From: Bugula neritina
Lineage: Eukaryota > Animalia > Bryozoa
Assembly (NCBI GenBank): GCA_964035545.1
Contig: OZ037769.1
Coordinates: 3,205,929-3,269,928 of the forward strand
Direction of reading: 5' to 3'
Length of the DNA stretch: 64,000 nt
Within the stretch, counting starts at the first letter, position 1. The number at the start of each line of letters is the position of its first letter. Below the pieces are notes generated by a model, which was not told the origin of the DNA, ran no database searches, and saw only the letters and a list, made by a program, of their open reading frames with translations. Position numbers and translations under genes: made by a program. This document shows, one piece after another, positions 1-11,400 of this stretch.

Positions 1-108
1 GAGGGGAGAGGGGGGGGAGGAGAGAGGGGGAGAGGGGGGGAGGGGAGAAGGGGAGAGGGGGAGAGGGAGAGAGGGAGAGAGGGAGAGGGAGAGAGAGGGA
101 GAGAGGGA
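1..108. repeat. GA-rich purine low-complexity tract (window edge)
   Basis: Almost only G/A, with GAGAGG/GAGGGA units. Confidence 0.9.
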
Positions 109-182
109 TAAAGGTGTACATAAACCATTGAAGCTATTTAGCTAAATGCTTTTCATAGCTTGTTCTCTGAAAGGTTTTATAG

Positions 183-352
183 CAATAATACAATAATACT
201 GTAATACTATAATACTATAATACAGTAATACAATAATACAATAATGCAATAATACAATAATACTAAAATACAATAATACTATAATACAATAATACAATAA
301 TACTAAAATACAATAATACTATAATACAATAATACTGTAATACTATAATACA
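183..352. repeat. 8-bp degenerate minisatellite (AATACAAT/AATACTAT)
   Basis: Tandem AATAC-based 8-mers visible directly. Confidence 0.85.
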
Positions 353-389
353 ACAAAAGTCTTACGTCAGTCGAAAAAATAGACATATA

Positions 390-2120
390 ATATGAAACTG
401 AGAGCTCCTAATTTCTGCAGCCAGCTATTTTGGTCAAACCAAAAAAGATTAGTAAACAAGCTCTCTATTAGATTGTTTCACAGTTGCCTGGCTTTACTTT
501 GTCTGTATTTTTTATTGTATTGAATAAAATACATTTTATTGTTTATAGAAAAAGCAAATAAAGTAATTGACAAAGAATGCAAGCTCTATGTCATGGAGTT
601 ACAAACTCAAATGTTAAAGTGAAAATACCAAGTAAATGCAAGCACAAAGAGAAACTGCCATGACTTGTAGTTTCTTGCACCAAGCGCATCACACTGATTG
701 GAAAAGTACGTTATGATAGGACTGGACATCTTGATACGGTATTTTACCCCAGATTTGCCAAAGTCAGAATTCCCATTGACTAACAGCAGTATCAATTTAT
801 TATTGAAAGTTATTTATATTATTATAACTCATCTGTGTCTGAAACTGTATGTTTTACCAATAATTCAGCAGCAACTCGTAGCCACATGTGATGGAGGTAG
901 CTGCATGTATTGAAGTTACTGATGAGTCTAGGGGAATTTCTCTGCTGTATATTTGAAGATACTAAGACTAAGAGTGACTTCTGCTAGACAGTTTCCTCAT
1001 TGAGATCTTCCTTAGAGTAAATATGTAGACTGTAGAGTGCAAAGTTGAAATTCCCAACTCACTATTCTTTATAGTAGAAGCCAATACAATGAGTATATCT
1101 ACAGCTTGCGAGACAGAGTACACGTGTTGGACAGTATACAGCTTTGTTTACAAAGCAATACCTTCAAGGTAAAGTCCCTTCATGGATTGCCTATTGGATA
1201 CTCAGGAGTGAAAAAATAATTAATTGTATTATTACCTAGTCAATATAACAGGCATGGGAATTCCCCTGTTAGTCAGTAGCGATACCCGAATCACGTGACC
1301 ACACTACTCGTATTCAACTGCCCGATTGCTAGCCAAGCTATGACAAGGGTGTGTAATGTGTATGCTTTCTGTGTGCAGTGACTGCATGTAATGTGAATGC
1401 CTACATTAAGTAGCTGAGAATGTATTGCATTTATATTCCTTATTCACGTTGCACAGAATAAATTATTATTGCAAATTACAGGCAGATGATGAAATATAAT
1501 TGTTTCTTTCTGTATATATACACATTGTATATATATATATATATAACATAGTGACAAGGACTTTAGCTGATACTGACATCAATACTTTATCATATAGCTA
1601 GTATCACAACTTGTCAAGAAAAGTACTGCTTGTATGAAATAGTTAAGTTGTAGATTTGATGAAATAGAATTGCTCTCATTTCTGTAAAAATAGAATTCTA
1701 AGGAGAAGTCATTTTTCTGAAAAGATCTGATAATTCTAAGAGGATGGAAATGGAGTTTGGCTGGACTAAAAATTTGTTCACAAGAATCAACATACAATAT
1801 GAAATAGAGAGCCTTATAATTTGTGCAGCCAGCTAACTTGGTCAAACTAGAAAATCAAGTAAACACACTCTCTATTAGCTTGCTTCAAAGTTTGCTAGGT
1901 GCTGTTAGTATTTTTATTTGATTGAATAAAATTATTTTCTTGTTTATAAAAAAAGCAAAAAAAAAATTGACAAGCAATAAAAGCTCTATGTCATGGAGTT
2001 ACAGATTCAAATGTTTAAAGCGAAAATTCCAAGTGAAGACATGCACAAAGAGAAACTGCCATGTAATTTAAGTAGTTTCTTTCACTAAATCCAGCTTGGA
2101 GGCGGAAAAAGTACATTATG
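390..2120 (+). repeat. Diverged direct repeat pair (~390-716 and ~1798-2120)
   Basis: Colinear shared blocks: TGCAGCCAGCTA..TTGGTCAAAC, CTCTCTATTAG, AAGCTCTATGTCATGGAGTTACA, GCACAAAGAGAAACTGCCATG, AAAAGTAC.TTATGA. Confidence 0.8.
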
Positions 2121-2448
2121 AGAATACCCAGTTATATATGGTATTACTCATACTGCATACAGTTACATGTATAGGTAAAAAACCAACAAACTTATAACAA
2201 AGAACTTCCTTAATATCTTATCTCTTGAAATTTTTGATAAAACTTAATATACAAACTATACACACCATTCTGCACAACTAACCCACAGAGAGCTTGCATC
2301 CTATTGAACAATGTAACAGGTTAACTTGTTCATGGTGGGAATTTCCAACTAGTACATTTGTATAGTCAAATGATAAATAGTATAATGGGTGACAGATAAC
2401 ATTGGTTACTATTAATTACTCATATAAATGAATGAGTTGGGAATTCTC
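765..2448. promoter_or_regulatory. Cluster of NF-kappaB/Rel-like motifs upstream of secreted gene A
   Basis: Exact GGGRNWYYCC matches: GGGAATTCCC 1256-1265 and GGGAATTTCC 2337-2346. Near matches: GGGAATTTCT 932-941, GGGAATTCTC 2439-2448, and on the minus strand GGGAATTTCA 1046-1055, GGGACTTTAC 1169-1178, GGGAATTCTG 765-774. Function is inferred. Confidence 0.55.
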
Positions 2449-2503
2449 AACGTGAAAACCTGCAAAGGAAAGGCCAAAATGACTTATATTCAAAACTTGA
2501 TGG

Positions 2504-2538
2504 TATAAAATGTTCAACTCAGTCAAACCAAAATCATT
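2504..2538 (+). promoter_or_regulatory. TATA box plus initiator of secreted gene A
   Basis: TATAAAA at 2504-2510 and Inr-like TCATT at 2534-2538 (A at 2536, ~32 nt from the TATA start); ATG at 2610. Confidence 0.6.
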
Positions 2539-2609
2539 ATTTCTTCAACTACAAATCAGTTCACATCAACTTGTAACAGAGACTAGTTCTTGGAATAATT
2601 TTTGACAAA

Positions 2610-4267
2610 ATGAAATCATTAGTGTTTGTTACTGGAGTGGCTTTGGTAAGTTTCGGTAGCTAATCAGTGATTAAAAATTATTCATATGTAGATATAGTAT
2701 AGAAGTGTAATATTATTCTAGTTATTTATGTTTATGTGTATAACATTATAACTGTGGGCTACATAACAGAAACCTATATATCCATAATAAAGTGCAAATT
2801 ATATGTTTACTTACATACAGGCATTTGTAAACTAAATATAACATAGAATTTTTAAGACACTCAACTGTTTAATGAAGATAATGTTACATATACAGTACAC
2901 GTGTAGGCAAATTATCTTTTGATTTTTTTCTGTTAGAACAATTGTGTGCACAACAAAAAGCTATTTAACAATCTCATTCTAAATAAATTTATGAAAATTG
3001 AATAATATGTCAGTTTCTAACGCCAAATCTGAAAATTTACTCAGAATATTTGTATAATACCAATGTGAGAAAACTGTATTTTAATATTATGCGATTTATA
3101 ATACAATGCTGCATATATAACATGAAATATATAATAATTTTCTACTTTCTGTATCATAATAAACTTTTAAGTAAGAATGCGTTTTATGTTATTATATTAT
3201 TATATATTTCAGTATTATATAGATTATCACGTGCTGCATATTATTATAATATATATTTAGATGTACTTTTAGTATATTATGTTATTTTATTCTATAATAA
3301 AACTATACATATTATACAGATGCTGACAATGACTGTAACAAGTGCAGCACTGACTGGCTTGAGAGATGAGATCCCAGGAGAGAGACCTTCGGACATCATG
3401 AAGGAATTCCAGCAACAAAACATTCACAAGGTGAGAGTTTTGTTTCTACTTAAATACCCACACAGGTCTTCAACACAAATCACCTTAGACTTCGCAGGTA
3501 AAATATCCAATGGACAACAGAAAAACATTTACCTGCTAGAATAAAGTAACTACCAATGCTACCATATTTTACCAGATTATTTTCCATCTATGTGTGTATG
3601 AGTGTATCTATATAAACATGTTTCTAACTGTTGCAGCCGGAAGTGGATTGTACAGTGAGGATGTTTAGCTATGGGACTGTGAATGCATATTTGGGTGTCA
3701 AAAATGGAAAAGTTGTCAATGAAAAACGTGGAAATCACCCTAACAGTGAGTTTGTAATATTTAATAAAGCACCTAATTATCATTAAGAAATTGCCACTAA
3801 AAACAAATTCAGTTTAACAATTAGTTTGTTGGTATAGTAAAAATTAAACAATATGGTATTTAATTGATCTCACGACTAAAATATCATTGTGGAAAAAGCA
3901 TTACATCCTATAGCAGCTTGTATATTTTAAATTTACAGGGAAAGCACAAAATTGAAGAGCAAGTATAATTATAACTTGAACATTTATGGTTGCATGTCTT
4001 TTATATGTTATAACCCCTTTGATTGAAAATAACAACAAAAGCATGCTATAATAGTGTTAGAATGTAAAAATACATAGACACTTGTTATTTGGTAAAGAAT
4101 TAACATGATTGATTTTGTTGTGGTGTAGCTAATATCGTGAGTTCCTTCCCACACACACACTTACTAAACAGTGCATGAAAAGGTTACCTTAGTTAACACT
4201 ACAAAGTGTCGTTTGACTATCTGTATTCTACAATAGTACATATTATATATATATATATATATATATA

Positions 4268-4352
<85 letters not shown>

Positions 4353-5228
4353 TATACATATATATATTATACAGTAGTACATATTATATATATATTATAC
4401 AATAGTACATTTTATTTATATTCTACAATAGTACACGTTATATACATATTCTACAATAGTACACATTACATATTTAGACAGACTTTGGGTGGCCAAGGCT
4501 GCTGACAGTGCTAAAGCACGTTCCTACGTAACATTCATTACTGAGAGGGGGAGACGAATTGCTGGAAAACAAGCTGCAGGTAAAAACAGGTGTGAGCACA
4601 GAGTACCCCAAGGAGATGTGGAGAGGCTGGTGATAGAGAATGATAAACTATCCGTTAAGGTAAGATTCATGGTATTTTATATTATCATTTTAGAATTTAA
4701 ACTGAAAAACAGTTAATAAAATCATTTCAGAATAAAGTTTTTCTTATAGCAGATGATTAGCAGGTCTTTTCTTAGATTTGAGTGTCCAATGCAATTTTTA
4801 GTGAACTCATTTAATATATACACAATTTTAGTAAAATTATGAATAGTAATGTGAAATTTACGGCTACCTGTGCAAGACTATAACAGTGGTCTAGGTAAAA
4901 ATGTTCAATTTACATTACAAAGATATTTGCTATTCTGTAGGTGGTGGATGAATCAGAGGCAGCATATTTTATGATCAGAAGATTACCTTTCTGCGGGGAG
5001 GCAGATCAAGCCCCCCCTCTTCATGTTCAGCTAATGTTCATGGATCAAGACTCACCCTATCATCGCTACCTACTCAATGCACGCCATGTCATTGGTCATG
5101 CTGTGGAATATAACCTGGTTAAACCACCAACTCATGACTGTACAGGTGATAAACCCCCACAAGCGTCAGTAGAACCAGGCACTCTGTTTAGTCTAACATA
5201 CGGAGAATGCTGGGCAAACTGCAACTAG
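2610..5228 (+). CDS. Secreted protein A, 241 aa, putative beta-trefoil (FGF/IL-1-like) fold
   Basis: 5 exons: 2610-2645, 3320-3430, 3637-3745, 4478-4659, 4941-5228. All introns GT-AG, phases 0,0,1,0, 726 nt in frame. Signal-peptide-like start MKSLVFVTGVALMLTMTVTSA; core DCTVRMFSYGTVNAYLGVKNGKV...GTLFSLTYGECWANCN. The gene model is well supported; the fold is inference. Confidence 0.8.
4243..4368. repeat. (TA)n microsatellite
   Basis: Direct. Confidence 0.95.
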
Positions 5229-6291
5229 GCTGATCTCAATAGAACTATATATTAGTAATATTCAACTCATCACTAAGGCTGAGATCTCAATAAAACTATG
5301 CACTCATTATTAAGAATTCATTGAAATACTTTTACGCTTTTCAAACCAGTTATAGGAAAATGTTTCCCTACGACATCCTTTCTCAAACTTATCATTATTC
5401 ATTTTTTCTGTCACTTGTGTGAAAATAATGTTTATTTTATTCAACCCTTACACTGATACTGTACTATGTGTAGGGTACTAATTTTGCAAACTTGCTTTTT
5501 ACCATGCTGATTTTGAAAACCTTTTTATTAGCTACTTGCCAAGTTGCATTTGGACTATATTAAACCAATTTTTGTAGTTTTAACATTATACCATGTATGA
5601 CCAAAGTTGCTATTTATAATTTTCTATTTTCTTTCTAACTATAATTTTTACTGTCTAATGCAAAATCAATCCTTGTTTAAAACTTATACAAGTGTGAGAT
5701 TTTTAGCAATATTTATAAGTTATAATTTTTATTTATGTTTACATTCAATAAAACTGCTGAAATGCGAAGATGTTAAAACTGTTTCATTTGCCTGAAGAAC
5801 TTGAGTGGTTTCAACTTTTTTTAAAAACAATATAAACACTCATCACCTGTATAAGTTACCATCAATAGCACCATTGAGTTTTTATAACCCAAAGCAAACT
5901 ATTTCCAAAACAATTTGATTCACAAAACTAGCTCAATGTTTAAGCTATTTCAGTTCTATGTTGTATAAACAGATTCAAATGTTTGATAAAAATGTTGAAC
6001 ACCAAATTCATAGTACAATAATTATAGTGAAACTGTAGCTATAATTACTAGCTACCTAATGTGTTACGAATTACCATAGAGAATGCTATACTAAATGTAT
6101 ATAACATTACTTTAGCAGATACTTATTATTATGAAATTTTCATGATTATGAAATGCACAGTAATTAATTGCTTAACATAAAAATCAATGTAAAGAATTCT
6201 TCAGAATGTAAAACTCACTAAAAAGTAGGGATGATGAGACATACTTTTATTTACACTGAGTTGAAATTGAAAATAAAAAATGAAGTGCAAG

Positions 6292-7353
6292 CCTTCATGT
6301 CAGCATAGATTTGAGTGGTTGATTAGCTTAAGACAAGGAATTACAGAAGCTGCAGCAGCTCCATCTCTTTTATTTAATTTAGAGTTTAGACCAATGAGAG
6401 TGCAGATGAGTAATGATCAGACTGAGTAACAGTTGACAGTTATATTAAATTAAGAAGTATTGTTTTGAGTATTCCAATGTAACATCTCCATCACTTGTCG
6501 ATGGTCAACAAATAAGTTTTGAGTTATTACTAATTCATAATGATTATAATCTCATAAACTTTCACGTGTTTCCAAAGGTTTAGGAAATAAAAACTTTGAG
6601 CAATTCTTTGTTTGTATAAAATATTCTCCAATTGCATTTCTAACAGTTTAGCATGTTCTGCTTCTATGCATTATGTAACTCAATACCCTAACACTTTCTA
6701 TCTACAGTAATTTACTCTCAGTGCTTTCAGCTGTAAACTTATGGTTTTTGCTTACAGGCCGTTTTGAATTATGTAAATACAAGTTTGAAAAATTTAATGT
6801 ACGCAGACTGTCTCTTTCACAGAAACCACTAAATTGAATACGTTTGTGTATTTGTTGATGATTGTGCTATTCAATACTTTATTGAGTTGGTTTCAGTACC
6901 ATAACTCCAACTCATCTTAATTTAATTTAATGTTCTGTGTTCTGTGTTCTGTGTTCTTTATAACGCATACTCCATGACATGTCTTTGGGCTGATGGGTTA
7001 GAATGTTAGATAGTTGTTTCATTTCAGAACTCGAGCTGTTCTTGATTTCCTAAACCTTTGAAATCATGTAGAGTTTTATGCGATTATGGTTATTATGTAT
7101 TAGTAATTACTTGAACTCTATTTGTTAACAATTGGCAAGTGATAGAGATGTTAGTTCGTTAAAGTCAAAACAATACTTCCTAATTTCCCATCCCTCTAAT
7201 AATTGTTAGTTAACTGCTACACAGGGTGGTAGCTACTCTTCTGTACTCTCATTGGTCCAAACTCTAAATTAAATAAAAGAAGTGAAACTCCTACAGCTTC
7301 TGTGATTTCTCCTCTCCAGCAGATCAACCAATCAAATTTATGTCGACATGGAG
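6292..7353. mobile_element. Foldback/MITE-like element with ~320-bp diverged inverted arms (~6292-6607 and ~7026-7353)
   Basis: TTTTATTTAATTTAGAGTTTAGACCAATGAGAGTGCAGA on the left matches the reverse complement of TCTGTACTCTCATTGGTCCAAACTCTAAATTAAATAAAA on the right. CAAAGGTTTAGGAAAT/ATTTCCTAAACCTTTG also pair. No TSD resolved. Confidence 0.65.
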
Positions 7354-8425
7354 GAAAATTCTATTTTTAGTTATGCTTGTAACTAGTTCTATTAGTAATT
7401 TCAACTCTGTTGGAGAAGATCGAAAAGTTGTGAAGTTTTGCATGATGTTGTATGAAGTGCTAATTGGTCAAGAACCTGCCATATTTTTCGCACCAGTGCT
7501 CTTCCTCATTTGCTTATATAGAAAGTTTCCACATGTCTATAATTTGCTTTCATATTTACTTGAGGAAGTATACAAGATGAACAACCCATGTGCATAAACC
7601 TAGCTTAAAGTCGCAAGCACCAACCTATGTTGTGGTACGAGGCGTCATCTTAAAACCTTTGTAATTAGGGGTTTGTTGGTTATTGACCCTAGTATAAGTG
7701 ATGCTTTTCTTCTCCTCTCCCACCTTGTATGCAATAACTTATTTATGCAATGTGTAATAAATTTGAGTAATAAGCATGACTTTTATTGCTTTCTTTAAGC
7801 TGTATAGTTGCTTAAAACTGATTTTCTATTTACACATGTGTGTCTTATTTGTCTAATCATATCATATCATAATCATATCATATAATGATGTGATATAATT
7901 ACATCATATAATCATATCATATAATAACAGAGGAACTTGGATATACAACTTTGCTAGTAAAGTTTCTGTGAAGGTGAAGGATTCTATGTACACTTATAAT
8001 TTATCATCATCTTCATGTATAGTATTTCAGTCACATTTGCAAGAGAAGTGGTGTAATAACTAGTATCAATGCGCAAGATATTACACCAAACTATGCGCTC
8101 ACTAGATCATCAAATATGGAACAATATACACGCCTATAGTTTCTATTTATTTGGCAAAGCACTCAAAAACTTACTAAATATTTCAAACAATATAATAATA
8201 CACAACAACATAATAATTTTTAATAGCAAAAGATGGACACACACTACAACTACACTAATATATGGTTATGTCATACTAAAGCAAACTGAAACACATATAA
8301 TATAAACTACACTAATGCATAATGTAAAGCAATATGAATCTTATATTCTTGAAAAATATATGTATTGATAAATTGTGGGTAAAAACTCAGAAGAACTTAA
8401 TAGGAAAAAAAGCCTTAAGGAAGAG

Positions 8426-11400
8426 TTAAAGATGTCCTTCGTAGCTCATCATGAACAGACTGCCGGGCATTACGGAAGCAGTCGAATTCTGATTGCCTGT
8501 TGGACAATCCACGGAAGAAGGCCTCACGAGTTTCACCTCGGCTTGACTTCTAAAGTTGAACTCAACATGAACAATTGTACGGTGATACTCGCTCTCGGGC
8601 TCTATCAGCATTAATTGTACGAATTGTGGTTTCACGAGTGAGTAGTTTATCGTACGGTCGCAAATTGGAGGGAAGCGCTTGACCATAAAATGTGCTGCTC
8701 TTCTTTCGGTAGACACCTACAAACGACAGCAGTTGCTTACAAAATGGAGTTCACTAGCTCAACTAGTGTGTTATAATAACTAATAAGGGAGCATAACTCT
8801 TGATAAGCCATAAATCCATCAGAGTGAACAAAAAATGATTTAGTCAAACTTTTCTATAAAAACTAAAATATAATAAAATAAATTTGATATTTGTAACACC
8901 CATTTCAACAAACCTTGAAATTTGTTAAAAAATACCGAGGTTGCTTTTGTTTTTTTGTAATTCATGCAAATTATTTTTTTCTAAAAAGATTACAGTTTGA
9001 AAATATTAAGCAATTAGTTTCAACAAGTCACAGCTGAAAGTTATCGCCCGGTTAAAAAAATTTTCATTTAGAATTTTCAGTTTTCGACTAAACTGATACA
9101 GCTCCTTGATCTAAAATACTTTACTTAAAATGTTGCATTTTGAAAGTTATGCAAATAGCCAGAAATTGTATGCAGCAGCACATTTGACAATGGAAAAATA
9201 ACTCTTTATTTCAACTCACATTTGCCACAATACTATCTCCCATTCTTACAAGTCGCTCTAGTGATCCATAAAGATGTATGTCAGAGGTATCTTGTATGAG
9301 ATCTTTGGCACCTAGGTTAGTTACAAACGAGACCAGAGAAAAGCTTCCAGTTTCCACAATCTCAGAGCGCCAAAGCACACCTGAAAGAGCCAAGTAATCA
9401 AAAATAAAATGAATAAATTAATGAATAACAAATGATTTGGTCTAACTTGAGAACTGAAAATTTTTCTACATGTGAAACATAAGATTTCTCTTTTTATTGC
9501 CAATGAAAGTTGTTGACAATAAGTTTGTTGATATTTCTAATAATGGAATGATTTACAGCCATTATTATTACACTGCAATGGACATAATAATATATCTTTC
9601 AAAATTTAATGTTGACAATATAATAGCTGCGTGTATTTCCATGCACATATTGCAGTATTCGATAGAGTTAACTCATTGGCAGACTGGCAAGCTACATGTA
9701 CTATCAATTGCTAATACTGATCACTGCAAGTTTTAGAGTTGACTTTTTCCATTATACCAACCGCAATCTCTTTCCATTTATTTTCTGCAGCAGAGAGCAC
9801 TACCTAGAGGCTGTTATAAAGCTAGAGGGAATAACTCTATAATTATATTATGTATGCCAAATTGACGCCCGTTGCTAGAGTTATCCTCTATGAGATGATT
9901 TTATATGACAGCTTTTTAAATAGCAATCGCTGTTCTTTGCCTAGATTCTGGTCAATAATTCTTCTATAATACAGGCATATCGAGATGTTATAATATTTCA
10001 CTGTGTACAGACATTTATGATCATTGAAAGTAGGCTAACACATTTCTCCCTAGTACATAGTATTTGATCATAATATTACTATTTCAATTTGTTTAAACTG
10101 AGCTGCTCAATTTTAACTTTAACTTTAATTTAAAGTTTAAGATGTACGAACTTCTAGTTGTAGAGCACGTTCAGCTCCGGTTACAGGCTGTAACTGAACA
10201 CTCAGTAATTAGTAATTATTAAACTTAAAGTTAAAGCACTGCAGAATGAGATTCAGATTGTTCAACCTTTGAAGCTCTGCAAGACTCAGACTCAGACTGA
10301 GAGTGAGTCTCAGTCTGAGACTGGTAGCCTTACGGCTTACACTTAAAGTTACAGTTTAAGTTACTGTTAGGCCAGTTACATGATATTATTTCATATTTGT
10401 ATTAAAATTTAATTTTATATTGATATAATAACAGTTTTATTACAACATTTAAACAATTTTAATTAAATATTATCATAATTATGTATAACATTAACTGTAA
10501 GTATTCTGTATTGGCTATTGCTAATGTTATGTTAATTAATTATTATTATAGTTTAAATTTCTAGTCATAGTGGCATCAGCAAATGAATGCAACTCAACTA
10601 CAGGAATAGACTTATTTTTGTAGAGAATAGCCACAGGTCTATTATTTATATGCCTATGGCGCTGGGTAAAATCGCTAACACTAGTACTAGTAGTAATGAT
10701 AATTAATAATACTACTAGTAATTTATGTAGTTTAAATTGCTTAATTAGCTAATAATACTGATAATATTGCTACTATTGGTATCACTTATTAGTTATTAGT
10801 AATGCTAGTAGTAAATGATATTAATATAACTTTTAATAGATATACTATTACTATTAATTTTACAGTAACTATGCCTATTAATATTAATTGTTATTTATAC
10901 AGTAGACTCATACTTATAAGTTATTAGTTATTGCATTTAATATGTTTTATTTTATTATAATTATGAATATATTTATAATTATAATATTGGTGCAGTTTGA
11001 GCATAAGCAGCTAATTGTTTATTAGCCGCTTATAGTTATTGAATTTATTATTTAATTAATATTATTGCTAATTTAATAATAATCATTATTTTGTGAGCTT
11101 CAAGTATACAGTTTATTTTATTTTGAATCGTTTGATATTTAATTTGATTTTTTCTATAATTTTTATAATAATACTGATGGTTATTATTGTACCAAGATTC
11201 TAAATTACTCTGAGTTTAGCTAACCAGCTTTGTTATAACTAATATAAGAAATGAACTTAAAGCATTGTGATTATGAAAAAGTGAGAGTTTATGCTGATAA
11301 GTTTATGACTATGGTTATGTCTATTAAAACTATTGCTGTGTGAATGTATATGGCAATACTTATACTAGTTACTTAGTGAATTACTAAACTCAAATTGTTT

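Noticed and set aside
912-981. Hammerhead-like CTGATGA with possible stems I and II
   Set aside because: The essential GAAA after stem II is absent (GACTAAG) and there is no credible stem III or NUH; chance match or dead remnant.
5229-5760. AU-rich elements (ATTTA) in gene A 3' UTR as cytokine-like instability signals
   Set aside because: Only a few isolated pentamers, as expected by chance in such AT-rich DNA.
9321-9805. Candidate minus-strand exons for gene B near 9.3-9.8 kb
   Set aside because: Stops or wrong phase. The exons at 11955-11835 and 12849-12727 fit both phase and homology to gene A.
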